The position numbers and the translations under genes were made by a program. From Neocallimastix sp. 'constans' (lineage: Eukaryota), in assembly GCA_050613775.1 (NCBI GenBank), contig JBODTK010000015.1, forward strand, positions 682,001 through 746,000: 64,000 nucleotides of DNA, given 5' to 3'. Below are positions 14,338-28,108 of this stretch, in pieces; position 1 is the stretch's first letter, and each line of letters opens with the position of its first letter. The notes under the pieces are model-generated. The model was not told where the DNA came from. It saw only the letters and a list, made by a program, of their open reading frames with translations, and did no database searches.

Positions 14338-14702
14338 TTGGTTGTTATTGTTTTTATTATGATTATTTTAATTTTTTATATTTTTAAAAAAAATTTTTAC
14401 TATAATTCCAATATTTCTTATAAATAATTACCATTTATGACCATCAATTGTAAATTCGGGACTGAATGCTTCGTTTTCAAGTTCATCCCATTCTTCTATA
14501 TCCCATATATAACATTTTTTTTCATAATCGTCATGAGAATCATTAAATATTTGTGTTATCTTATATTCAAATGCTATATTTTCATTAATATATTAATATA
14601 TATATATGTATAATGTTATATAAATAAAATGTTTTACCATATATTATAAATAATATATATATATTATATATATGTATATATAAATAAAAAAAAAGTTATA
14701 AT

Positions 14703-14753
<51 letters not shown>

Positions 14754-15625
14754 CGAATATTCTCTATAAAATTATATCCATAATCTTCTTCACTTTCATT
14801 TTCGTGATGATTTGAACTATTCATTTTTCTTTTTTCTCTCCACATTTCTTTTTTTGTTTTATAATCATTAACTAATGAATTTCTATAAGTTGCTATAAAT
14901 TGATAATAAAAAAAATTAAAAGTTTAATATAAACATATTAATCTTTCTAAATATATATTTATATATATAATGATGAAATATACCTTTAGAGTTTCTCGAA
15001 GATACTTTAAATATTTCATTTATATAATAAAGTAAAAATATATATTAATAGTTATATAATATATTAATAATATAAAACATGAATTATATTATTTATTCTT
15101 ACCTTTTAAATCATTTAATTCTATTATTATTATTATCATTATTATTATTATTATTGAATATTATATAATAAAATATAATAAATTAAAAGATAAATTGATA
15201 AAAAAAAAATAAAGTTTAAATATCATGTTAATAAAACATAGAAAATTATTATTAAAAAAAATTTTATAAAATAATTTCATATTATAAAATGAACTTTTTT
15301 TTTATTTTTATTTTTAATTACCAGCTTTTCTATTCTCAAAGAATTGATTATTTACAAATTTACAGATATATATTCCAACAATTACTTTATTATTTTCAAT
15401 TAATGGTCTATTAGAATTTTCATTTAGCTTATTTAAATCTTCATTACTAATAAATTCAGAAGAACCAAGTGTAACACATTCTTTATCAACCCATTTCAAT
15501 GTATTAAATTCTTTAATATATCCCATTATATTAATTATACATAATTTAATATATATATAATATATTATTTATAAATTAAATGAATAGACATTTAATAAAT
15601 TATATAACAATTTCAATATTTTCTA

Positions 15626-15669
<44 letters not shown>

Positions 15670-16788
15670 CATTTACGTTTTGTTTTTATACAACTGAAAG
15701 TATTAGGATTTCGAACAAATAATGTTATGTATGCCCAATTTGTATCATTTTCTGTTAAATAGGGTAAATAATTACTTTTAAAATTAAGGCCTATACTGTC
15801 TTTATTTTTGTTTAATTGGATTGAACTATTTTCAAAAAAAATTGTATATATCATTTCAAAATAATAATAAACATGTTATATAATCCAAAAATTTAAAATT
15901 GTTTTAAAATTAATGAATCGTAAATTTTATAAAATTTAAATTATAAGAACCAATGAATAATGTTTTTTTTTTATTCATATTTTTTAATCAAATTTTAATA
16001 AATAAATAAATAATCTAGTAATTTGATAATAACCTATTAAAATCACAAACTAAAAAATTGGGACTATTTTCTTCAACATTAAGTGAATTCCAATTATCAA
16101 TTTTCCATTCATAATAATAATCAGAAACAATAGTATCCACTTTTGTTCTTTCATTATTCATTAATTCTCTAAAATTATTAATCAAATTATCTTTAATTTT
16201 TTAAGTAAGAATATCAAAGAGAAAAAATATTAAGTAAATAAATGTTGACATTATAAATTATATTTGAATAAATGAAAAAGTAAAAATATATCAATTAGTA
16301 CCAAAATCTTTATATATTTGAACGCAAACACCAACAATAATTTTATTTTCTTTAATTAATTTTTTAATTGACTTATTATATAACTCCTTATTAATTGAAA
16401 TTCCAGAATTATTATTATTACATACATATGATGCTATGATAATATCATTATTATATAATAATTTATTGATTATCAAGATTAGATTTTATATTAACATTTT
16501 ATATTAGAATTTTTTTACAAAATAATTATGTATTAAATTTACGTATTGAATGGTAATGAGTATAATCTTTTGGTTTATGCAATACGAATAAAACTTTAGC
16601 ATAATAATTTTTTATATTTTTTTCCATAAAAGTTAAATTTCTTAAATGTATATCGAAATTGTTTCCATTATGGTATACATTTTTTTGAAATTTTAATTCA
16701 ATATACCTTTTTTTTTTTTTTTTTTTTTTTTTTTTGAAATTAATATTGTTTTAATTAATATTTTATATAATAAATAATTTGATTGGAG

Positions 16789-16824
<36 letters not shown>

Positions 16825-17355
16825 ATCTTCATTTATTTAAATATATTAAAAGTTTATCGTCTCTATTCCATTGAAATGAACTCTTTTTTTTTTTTTTTTT
16901 TTTTGATGAGTATATATATTTTGTTTCTAATTACCATTTACTTCCTCCACCATTAAATATTGGACTAATATTTAATTCATTTGATTTATTAATAAAACTA
17001 TCCCAGTTATGAACCTCAAATTCATAATAAACAAATTTTTCATTTTCTTTTTCTTCGTTAATTTCAAGTATTTTCTTTAAATCTTTTATATATTTATTAA
17101 AATGTTCTTTTATATCATCAAATAAATTATAATATTATTACAATGAATAATATATTAATACTTTATTTTTTATTTTAATTATTATTACTTATTATTATTA
17201 TTATTTATCTTTATTATTTTTAAATACTAATAATATAGATTATATTATTTAAACTATAGTTAATAAACTATAAATATATAGATTATATTATTAATATGGA
17301 AAAGAATAAACAATAATTTATAAATTCATATACCCTGTAAAATATTTTTTTTCAT
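10642..17355 (-). CDS. Multi-exon protein with five tandem MATH/TRAF-like domains (about 20 exons)
   Basis: Exons with GT-AG borders encode repeated MATH signatures. Examples: YYEFEVHNWD...SPIFNGGGSKW (~16935-17105); YYEWKIDNW...SPNF (~16035-16190); YIWDIEEW...FSPEFTIDGHKW then ICLYPNG...YVSMFLKCL (~13930-14575); YLSLYLKCL...YGFKNFI...LVIGAFIRIY (~11050-11785). Putative ATG at 17355; stop at 10642-10644 after ...FFSLPPM. Not every junction was verified. Confidence 0.8.
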
Positions 17356-18339
17356 TCTTATTTTTGAATAAATATAATAAATATTTCTCGATTTAATTTG
17401 AATTAATTACTATAAAATAAAATATAATTAAAACTTATTTTATTGTATGAAAATTGTTAATAAGTAATAAAAAAAAAAAAAAAATAGAAATAATAAATTT
17501 AATATATATATATAAAAAATAGTTATGATATTCATAAAATTATAAAAAGATATATATATAAAAAAAAAAAGGTATATTCATTTATTAAAATATAATAAAA
17601 AAAAAATTAAAATAATTCTGAATTATGGAAGGTTTATTATAATATTTAGCATGAGAAGTTTAATATTTTATATATATATATATATATTTTATATATACAA
17701 TAAATAATAAAGTTTATAATATGATAAAAAAAGCGAAATCAATATGAAATATATAGCTTTGAATTAAAGATATTAGCTTTTTAAATAATATTTTACATAA
17801 ATAATAAAGTTTATATTTACCAATCTAATGAACTAAAAAAAGAAAATTTAAATAATTTTTCAATTAAATATATATATAAAGTAATAACAAAATAATTATA
17901 AATTTTAATATCTAAAAAGATTATGTAAAACATCATATATAATAATAATAAAATAAAGTTATGTATAATAACATAATTTTTATTTATATATATAAATTAT
18001 TATTATTTATTTCTATTATTTGGTTATTTTTTTTTTTTATTTTAACTTTATTAATTTTTTTTATTATATTTTTTTCGATTTTTGTTATATAATATATATA
18101 TATTTTTTTTGTTTGGTTTCTTAATTTTTTATATACATAGTTTTATTATTATTATCTATTATTATTATTATTTATTACTATCTATTATTATTACTATTAT
18201 TACATTTATTACTTTATCTTATTATTATTATTATTAAATTACTTTCACTCTTCTTTGATATTATTTTTTATTTATTTTGAAATAAATTTTCATATTTTTT
18301 ATTATATTTTTGAAGTTTTTTTAAAAAATATTTTTTATA

Positions 18340-18550
18340 ATAAAATAAAATAAAACAAGCAGTAGAAATATAAATATAAAGTACAGATTGAAATAAAAAT
18401 ACAATAAAATAAATAGTAGAAATATAGATGTAAAATGAAGATTGAGTAAAATAAAATAAAACAAGCAGTAGAAATATAAATATAAAGTACAGATTGAAAT
18501 AAAACACAATAAAATAAATAGTAGAAATATAGATGTAAGATGAAGATTGA
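18340..18550. repeat. ~115-bp tandem duplication
   Basis: AAACAAGCAGTAGAAATATAAATATAAAGTACAGATTGAAAT...TGAAGATTGA occurs twice. Confidence 0.9.
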
Positions 18551-19346
18551 TATTAAATATTGAATAAAATAAACAAATAGAAGATTAATATATAATTAAA
18601 GTACAAATTAAATAAAATAAAATTAAAATAAAATAAAATAAAAAATTATTCAATATTTTATAAAATATTAAATCTATTCGATCACTTTTTATATAAAATA
18701 TATATATTATACCAAAAAAAAAAATTATTAAAAAAAAAACTCAAAAAAAATTTTTTTTCAAAAATTATTATTATACATTACATATATAAAAATAAATTAT
18801 TAAATATTCATATAATTATTAATAACAAGAAAATAAATAAGAATTAAATCGTCAAGAAATATTATTTTTCAGTAATTCACAATTAGTAATATCTAGTAAT
18901 CATAAAAAGTCGATTTTATTATAACTTTTTTTTTCAAAATTTATTATATATACAGAAATATTATATGGGATTATATATTTTGAATTATATTTCAATATTT
19001 CTATAATACTTTTTATCTATATATTTAAGTAAAATTTGAAGTATATATAAATAACTATTTAAATATAAAATTCATTAATAAGTTTAATAGAAAATATAGT
19101 AATATAATATTTATATGTATTTATTATTTTTTTTTTTATGTAGTTTTTTATGTAGTTCATAATTTAATATAATTATTGTATTATTCACTTTTTTAAATCA
19201 TATAAAAACAAAAATCATACAAATTCTGTATATAAATTTTATGTTTTATATTTAATATTTAATATAGTAATTATATTTATATATATATATATATATATTA
19301 TCAATATTTTAATTTTAATCTTATTATTATCAATTTTTATGTAGTT

Positions 19347-19402
<56 letters not shown>

Positions 19403-19616
19403 CGATAATTATATCTTCAATCTATTATATATAATAAGAGTGAATTACTATTAATTTTAATTTCTTTTAATATAAAAAATTAATTTTTAATATTTCGTAT
19501 TTTAATTGATTAAAAAAAAAAAAAAAATTATGAAAAGGGTTATTTCTTTTATATTGATAAATAAATAAAACGATATTTTTTTCTTTTTTTTTTTTAAACA
19601 AAAAACAAAAAACAAA

Positions 19617-19667
<51 letters not shown>

Positions 19668-20178
19668 TTACAAATGTTCCTTCTATATTTAAATCAAAAT
19701 ACTAATAATTATAATAATAGAAAGTATTCTTAAAAACTTAATTTAAAAAGACAAAAATTAATAGCAAAAAATTCCTTGAATTTTTTGCTTTTTGTATTAT
19801 AATTATAATTTAATATACATTTTCATCGTTTATTTATATGATAAAGTTTTTATTTCCATTTTTTTTTTTTTTTTTTTAATTATTTAAATTTTAAAATAAA
19901 TATATATTAAAATTGATTACATATTACAAAAAAAGATTATAATTTATTAATAAATAACTGAAAGTTTAAAGTAAATTTATAATATTTTAATTTGAAAATT
20001 CAGAAAAAAAAAATAATATGAAGAGTGCTATTTTTATATCTTTATAATAATAATTGACTTTCATGAACAATTTGATTTTTAAACCTTAAATAGCTAATTC
20101 TCTCTTTTTTTTTTTTTTCATATAATTAAAAAAGGTTTTTATATATATAAAGATATAGATTTTTTTTTTTTAATTATA

Positions 20179-20212
<34 letters not shown>

Positions 20213-20355
20213 TTTTTTTTGATTGTATTTACTTTTTTAGTATATATGAAAAATAATAAATATTATGTATACTCTATATATATAAAAGAAAGCATTATTT
20301 TATTCTCTATTATATTTATTTATTTATTTGGAAATTCAAAAATAAATATTAGAAG

Positions 20356-21996
20356 ATGGTTCACATTATATTAATTATATGTCAATTATTATTTTTAAGT
20401 AAAAATTATATTTAAAATACATTGCTTTTTATTTACAATATATTAATTATTTCAATTATTCTTAAAAGATTAATTCAAATATTAATTAAATAATATTTTA
20501 AATATAAATTAGGATATATTCACTGTGAAAAAATAAATTTAATATATTATTCCGATGGAATAAATGATATATATATAAACAATACTATTGAAGAATTTAA
20601 TAATTATTCCAACAAAAACAATTTAAATATAACATTAGCAAAATATGATTATTCTTCAGAAATAACAACAAAATCATACACCAAAACTATAGAATATCTT
20701 TTAAGCTCGAAATCAACAAAATATGATTTAATAATAGTTGATTCTGTGAATGCAAAAAAATTATCAAAATATTTCGAAAATTTGAATCTTCACTTGCCTT
20801 CAACTCTTATTAATAAATATATTAATCCAGCAACTAGAAGTTCTTGTCTATTTAATGATGTTGTCGCATTGGTATTTATTAATAGAACTCTAAATTGATT
20901 AATGAAACATCAAATTTTTTTTATTTATGTTGATATTTATATTAAATAGTATATAAATTAGGATTAAATTATATACATATAACTTCAAATAAATTAAATG
21001 ATTTGATATTTTATTTAAAATATACAGATATTGACAATTTTTTTTTTTTTTATTTTATTTTATTTTTAACAAATTTTATATATTATTTTAATATATATTT
21101 GATATATTTAAAATAAAAAAAAAAAAAATAGCCATTGTACTTGGAATATAATATGTTATATTCAAATCAAAACCTTTTAAACAAATACAATAAAACAATT
21201 CCAAAAACATGGGATGAATTGATAGATACAGGAATTTTTATTATGTCTGAAGAAAAAAAATTAAATAAAGATATTATAGTATATACTGCAGATATAACAG
21301 GTAAAATAATAAAAAAAAATATTCATTAATAATATATAAAATAGAAAATATATATATTATATATAAATATTAATATAAATATATAAATATATAAATATTA
21401 TAAAAATAATATTAAAAAACTATACCTTTATATATTAAACCATTTAAAATTCATTTATTATATTTTAAATGTAAATTTTTAAAATTAAAATGTTATTAAA
21501 TATTAAAAAATACATATATATAATAAAATAAAATAAAATATAATAAAAGACTCTGAAAACGGTTTTTGTTCACTTTATGAATATATTTATTCATTCAGAG
21601 AAAATATTTATGATAATTTTCCAAGTATTACAGATCCAGAGATAGTATTAGCAATGAAAAAATTAAAAAATATTAAAAATGAATTCGGTGGTAATTAATA
21701 TATATTTATAAATAAGCTTAGGGCAAATAAGATGAACATTATACTAATATTATACCAATTTATTTATACATACATATTATAATATTAATATCATTATTAT
21801 ATTATATTATATTATATATTATATTATATTATATATTATTTGTTATATTATATTATATTATATATTATATTATATTATATTATATATTATTTATTATATT
21901 TATTATTTAATGTAATATTTATTATATTATATTTTATTTTATATTTAATTATTACCATTATTACATATCCTTTTTCATTATATTTATTTTATTTTT

Positions 21997-22028
<32 letters not shown>

Positions 22029-24134
22029 AAAAATAAAATAAAATAAAAAGAATATGGAATAAGAGCAAATAATGAAGATATAGTGAAATGTTTAAATTCA
22101 GATGATTGTCTTTTCGTTAAGACATGGAATGATGTCAAATTTAATGGAAATTACACTTTATCAAATTTACCAGGAAATACGGATGGAATATCTGGATCAT
22201 GTGTCGGTGGATATAATATGGGAATGAATATACATATATCTGAAGAAAAAAAGAAAAAAGTAGCAACAGTAATGGAATATATTAGTTCGTATGAACATCA
22301 ACAAAAAATTATGGAAATTGGATTTCAAAGTTCTTTTGAAGACTTTTATAATGATGATGAATCCATATGTCAAAAATATGTACAATGTCAAAATATTAAA
22401 TCAATTCAAGGGATCTTAAGGCCAGTAGATGATTCGGAAGATTACACCATATTTTCAAAAAAATATAGAAATTATTTATTAAAATATCTTTATAACGATG
22501 AAGATCTCAACGAATGTCTCATGAATATACAAGATTTAATCCTTAGTTCTTATTTAGAAAATTCATCTATAATAAATAGAATATATACTATTGTAATAAT
22601 AGTAACCTATATAATAATGATATTTTGCTATTTTTTGGCCTTCACAAAAAAGCATAAATACAAATTTAGATTATTAAGTCCATTTTATTGGTTCATTTAT
22701 ATGCTTGGTCAAATAATTATTATAAGTTATGGATTTACAGGAATGGGAAAAATGAATGAGTTCAAGTGTGCCATAAAATCTTTAATTTTTTCAGTTGGGT
22801 TTACGTTGAGTAATACAGTATTATTTATTAGAATATTTATTAATTATCCGGAAAGCAATAGACGTTGTATTTATTTCTGTGAAAAAAATTTTGGTAAAAC
22901 TGTTTTAATATTTATTACTATCGATATTGTTTTAAATACTTTGACTTTAATTGAAACTTCTAAAGTTGATATAGTTGTTAATAATGACGCAATATATCAG
23001 AAATGTAAAATTCACAGTATCATTAGTAGATTGGCTCTAAGTCTTATCTATTCGCATAAAGTATTTATTCTACTCTTCATAGCTCTTCTAATTTTCACTG
23101 AATGGAATATTAAAAAATTTAAATATGATATACATTATGCCACTTCCACATTATTAATTTCTTTTATATCTTTCTTCCTTTTTGGAATGGTTCAGAATTT
23201 AAAATTCACCAAATATATAGAAAGATTTCTTTATCCGGCACTTGTTACCTACTTTTATGGAGTTTCATCTTTTACTATTTTTTTCATTGCAAGATTTTTC
23301 TCGAAATACAATGTTGAAAATGAGAAGGATTACATCACCAGAAAATTGAAAGGTGTTCCAGCTCAGAGTGAAAAAGCGTTAAATGGAGCCGATTCCTTCG
23401 ATAATTGCAGTAGCAGTTTTAATTTAAATAACTCCGACAGTGGTATTTATGCCCCAAGAAAAATGTCAATGGTTGATCATTTAATAAATTTACATAATAA
23501 TGGTAATGAAATAAAGAAGAGCATTGAATTGTGTAAAAATTCATCATACACTAATATCTCAGGAATTAGAAATAATACAAGAAGGGCATTTTCTTTTGAT
23601 AATTATAAATACTTCGAAGATTCTTTTATAAATTATAAATCAAGTCAAATTATAATTATTCATGAAAGTAAGGTTGAAGATAAATTTAGTAATAATAATA
23701 ATTCCAGTAGTAATAATAATAATAATAATAATAGTAATTTATCACCTGAGGATGAAAATTCAAATAATAGTGATGAATTTTTAAGTCGAAGTAGATCAAG
23801 ATCCTGTGACAATTTTTCAAATTCTTCCTATTCGGATAATACACAAAAGGACCATATAATATATCAAAAAAATATTTTTAGTTCCAATTTAGAGACCTCA
23901 CGATCTCTAGACAATTTCCCTAGTACATTACCAAATAAAGCACAAAATCTATCATCAAATTATTTAAATGTCAATTACTCTTTGGGACTAAAGCAAAACA
24001 ACATTACAAAGAATGATATTATTCAAAATATTTTAAATGAGGAATTTGAAAATGATAAACCTTTCTATAATGATACTAATGAAAATGATATAAATGATGA
24101 AAATTCAAATCATACAAGTAATAATTTTATATAA
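20356..24134 (+). CDS. GPCR-like receptor: signal peptide, bacterial-type extracellular sugar solute-binding domain, class C-like 7TM domain, Ser/Asn-rich tail (931 aa)
   Basis: Exons 20356-20398, 20513-20871, 21132-21300, 21550-21690 and 22051-24134 all have GT-AG borders and sum to 2796 nt in frame. SBP motifs: KYDLIIVD, ALPLY...LYSNQNLLNKYNKTIPKTWDELI, LPG...GGYNMGMN. Seven hydrophobic segments follow, with Cys at the top of TM3 (KCAIK) and in ECL2 (QKC). SBP-GPCR fusions are known from anaerobic gut fungi. Confidence 0.85.
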
Positions 24135-24186
24135 AAAAATTTTTTAAAATATTAGTATAAATACAGAAGTAAAATCTGTATCTAAT

Positions 24187-24217
<31 letters not shown>

Positions 24218-24371
24218 TTTATTTATTTATAATGTTTGTATTTTTTTTTTCTTTTTTTTTTTTTATTTTTTTTTTTATTTTTTTTTCTTTAGAAATATAA
24301 TAATAAATTAAATTAATAATTCTAAGAAAATAACTACATAAATACTATTAAATTAAGTATTAAATTAAATG

Positions 24372-24447
<76 letters not shown>

Positions 24448-24698
24448 ATAATTAAAATTATAATTAAAATTATAATAATTATCATAACTAATTATCAATT
24501 ATTATTATAAATTATTATTATAATTAAGTAACATAAATTAATATAAATAAATATCATAAATTATTATATCATTTTTTTAATATAAAAATTTAAATGTATT
24601 AAATTTTATATTTCATTTTAAAGAATATATATATATATATTTATTTTTAGAAATAGGTAATTACAAAGATACAAATGTTTGAAAAAATTTAAGTTACT

Positions 24699-24937
24699 AA
24701 TTGTGGCTTGATAATAATTCAATGAAATTATTTTTTAAAATGAATAAAATATTGTATTTCAAATACAAAGTGATTAATTTGCACATAACGAAATAATATA
24801 ATTTTAAACTATTTTTACTTATTTATATTAATTGTGGCTTAATTATAATACAATGAAATTATTTTTTAAAATGAATAAAATATTGTATTTCAAATACAAA
24901 AAGATTAATTTACATATTAACGAAAATATATAATTTT
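24699..24937. repeat. ~130-bp imperfect tandem duplication next to the LTR
   Basis: AATTGTGGCTT...CAATGAAATTATTTTTTAAAATGAATAAAATATTGTATTTCAAATACAAA occurs twice. Confidence 0.85.
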
Positions 24938-24998
24938 GTAACTCAGATAAAAGATTAACAATTCATATTATATTTTCGTAATTATTTTATTATAAAAG

Positions 24999-25178
24999 TG
25001 TTGAGCCAAATAAAAATAAAAAATACATTATGCTTATTTTATACATTTAGATAATTAATTTTATTAGTTAAATATATTAAATATTAATTCTTATATTTGA
25101 TATTTATCTCATTTCACATAATTAATATAATTTTAAACGTATTTATAACTTATTTAATTAACTTCATATAATCTAACA
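24999..25178 (-). mobile_element. 3' LTR of Ty1/copia element (~180 bp)
   Basis: On the minus strand the PPT GAGGGGGAA is immediately followed by TGTTAG..., and the segment ends ...CTCAACA (TGTT/AACA termini). Confidence 0.7.
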
Positions 25179-26410
25179 TTCCCCCTCAAACCAGAATACT
25201 TTTTATTAAATATTTGGTCTGTAAATTTGGTCATCTTTGGTCTATTCAATTCCTTGGCTAAGGGATCCGCCTGCGTCTTTTCAGTGTTAATATAATTTAA
25301 AGTTATTTTATTAGTTTTTTATTATTGTTCATAATTAAATTGAAATTATATAGCTATGTGTTTTAATTTATTATTATTAATTTCTTTATTTTCGAGTGTT
25401 ATTTTACATGCATTATTATCGGTCATAATTTTGAATGGTTTTGCTATATTGAATCGTTCCATGAAAATATTTTTGATCCATTAAGACTTCTTTACACATT
25501 CCCTGGTAGCAATATATTCCGATTCAGTAGATGCGGCAAACACAGATTGCTTTTTCGATAGCCAATAAATTGGATCCAGAAGTTAATTTTTTTTTTTTCT
25601 ATCATCCGTATCTCCAGCGCAATCCGAGTCTGTATAAACTGGTATTTCACCTTTACCTTTATAAGTTACTTTGAAGTCTTTGGTAGTGTTTAGATATTTC
25701 AAAAATACATAGTGTTGTCAGAATTATTATCGTAATTGATGATATTATTATCTAAATTGAAGTCACAGCTGCTGGCTGGCCGTTTCCTTTTTTTCGTCAT
25801 TTATGACTTCAAAAATCTGGAGTTGAATAGCAAATTTTTTTTTAATATTGTCTCTTAATTCGTCGAATTGTTTGATTGTTTGAATTAACTCGATCAATTA
25901 TATTTTCTAACGAAATGATTTGAAATTAATTCGATATCTTGACTTTCGTTGTTGACTTTTGAGTCGACATTGATTGTGTTATCTTCCATATTGGAATGGT
26001 TGATAGCATTATCGTTGTTATTTTGAACAAAAGAGAACTATTATTTTCATAACTTTAAATTGGGTTTAGTATTTACAGTTTAATTATTATTTATTTCGTT
26101 GATTATTAACAAAGATTTGGGCGAAATTCATTTGATTTATTTTTTGTATTTTTTGCCATTTAAATCAGTGAGAGTTAACTTAGCTAGAGTGGATACATCA
26201 AAAACAACATCTCTTACTAAGTGTATACCTACATTTTTATAATCTATTTTGATATAACAGTATGACCTCTAAAACTAAAAACCGAGAACAACCTTGGCAG
26301 TCTAAGCATTTTTAGAACTTTGATGTTGTAGAGAGATAAATATTTTTCAAAGCTCTTATGGTAGAAGTGTCCCAATCTTCTATGCCATAAGAGTCTACTT
26401 TGGTCATTTA
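25179..26410 (-). mobile_element. Degenerate, internally deleted Ty1/copia pol
   Basis: GAG-pre-integrase LLWHRRLGH (~26365-26395), LVRDVVFD (~26200), and RNase H motifs YTDSDCAGD, STESEYIA, MTDNNA, KHIAI, YINTEKTQADPLAK. Integrase core and RT are not recognisable. Confidence 0.85.
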
Positions 26411-27549
26411 ATTTTATTTCTTAGTTGAATAAAATATTATTTACCACCGAATCGTTGTAGCTATAGAGAGGATCATATAGGGGATCATCAGAATTTAACT
26501 TTCTTCTTACAGTTCCAAGGGTAGAAGGAGTAACTGCTTTGGAATCTGAAGAGTTCGGAAGTAATGGTCGTTTTCTGGAAGAAGAGAGATAATTAACATC
26601 ATCATTATTAATCATGATGTCATCCATAATTTCATTATCATTATCATTAGATTTAATAATAATAACTTGGGCTACAGCAGTAAGAAATTGGTTATCTTGA
26701 TATAAAATATCAAGATTTTACGGATGACTAGTAGTATTGATTGAATTGTCATAAATTGTAATTTTCTCTTAAAAAATTGAGATTAGCTTGAAATGAATAA
26801 TAGGAATTCGAATGATGATCGTCAATTGAAAAAATATTACAAGATTCATAGAAAAAAAAAAAAAACAATATCATCTTAAACCTCACTTGAAGTATAATTA
26901 TTAAAAATATTATCATTTTTCATTATTATATGAATCAAGTGAATTATTGGTAATTTTTATTTGAGGATGTGTTGAAACTTTGAAAATTTTTATTTTTTTT
27001 TTTTTTTATCATTGTTCGATAATAAAAAAAAAAAAAAAAGTATTATCAAAAATTTCATCATTTTATTGTAAAATAATGTTATATATATATATATATTAAT
27101 TTATTAAAGGATTTTTTTTTTTTTTTTTGAAAAAATATTATTAAAGTAAATATTAAAAGATTCTGATACGTTATTTATTGTATATTCTATATTATTATAA
27201 TAATTCCAATTATTTGTATCACATTTATGTAAATAGTTCTTTTTTTTTTTAAAAAAAAAAAAAAAAAAGTATTCTAAAAATATTTATTATAATTGAAATT
27301 AATGATATTTAAATTATTTTGTAGTTTTGCTTCTGAAATTAAAATGGTCCAAATAATAAAGAACAACAATAGTTTAATATGTAGTTAAGTCATAATTAAT
27401 TATTATGACCGTAATAAGATTTTTTTTATTCGTTCTTTAATAGGTACCCCTGTTTATACTGAAGCAGAGTTACACTTTACTATGTTTTTAAGATGAACCT
27501 TACGATTCATCTGAATTATAATTTATTCTGTTGTTGAGAGAAACCAACA

Positions 27550-27800
27550 GATTTTTAATCCAGACGTCTCAATAACAAATCTAGTTTACTACTCCTTGAA
27601 ATCTAGGTCTGAACAAAATCCTAAAGTCAAACTTAGAAAGAAAGAGAGAAAGAGGCTCCATCTTATCTAAATGTTGATTTAAATGTTGAAACTTTTTTGA
27701 AGTATAAAAGGTTCCCATGATCAGTAATATCTGATAAATGGAAAGTCAAATTTATTACCCATAGCAGAAGGACAATGATTTCTATAATCGCTTTCCAAGA
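27550..27800 (-). mobile_element. Second Ty3/gypsy RNase H C-terminal fragment
   Basis: Frameshifted pieces TDHGNLLYFKK, QHLNQ, RWSL, FLSKFDFRILFRP and DLLLRRLD match the gypsy TDHxNL..RW..F..(A/P)DxLSR pattern. Confidence 0.75.
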
Positions 27801-27897
27801 AGTTTTTTTTTTTTTTTTTTGTTTGCTTGTTTGTTTGTTTTTGTTTTAATTATTAGGAATTGAATATATATAAATTTCTTTTTTTTGTCACTAAATT

Positions 27898-27931
<34 letters not shown>

Positions 27932-27981
27932 TTAACATTCTCTTCTTCTACCAATACTTTTTAACTATTTAATTCATTTCA

Positions 27982-28108
<127 letters not shown>

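Noticed and set aside
26421..26760. 68-aa minus-strand ORF next to the copia remnant
   Set aside because: No domain motif; probably a fragment of another decayed element or gene.
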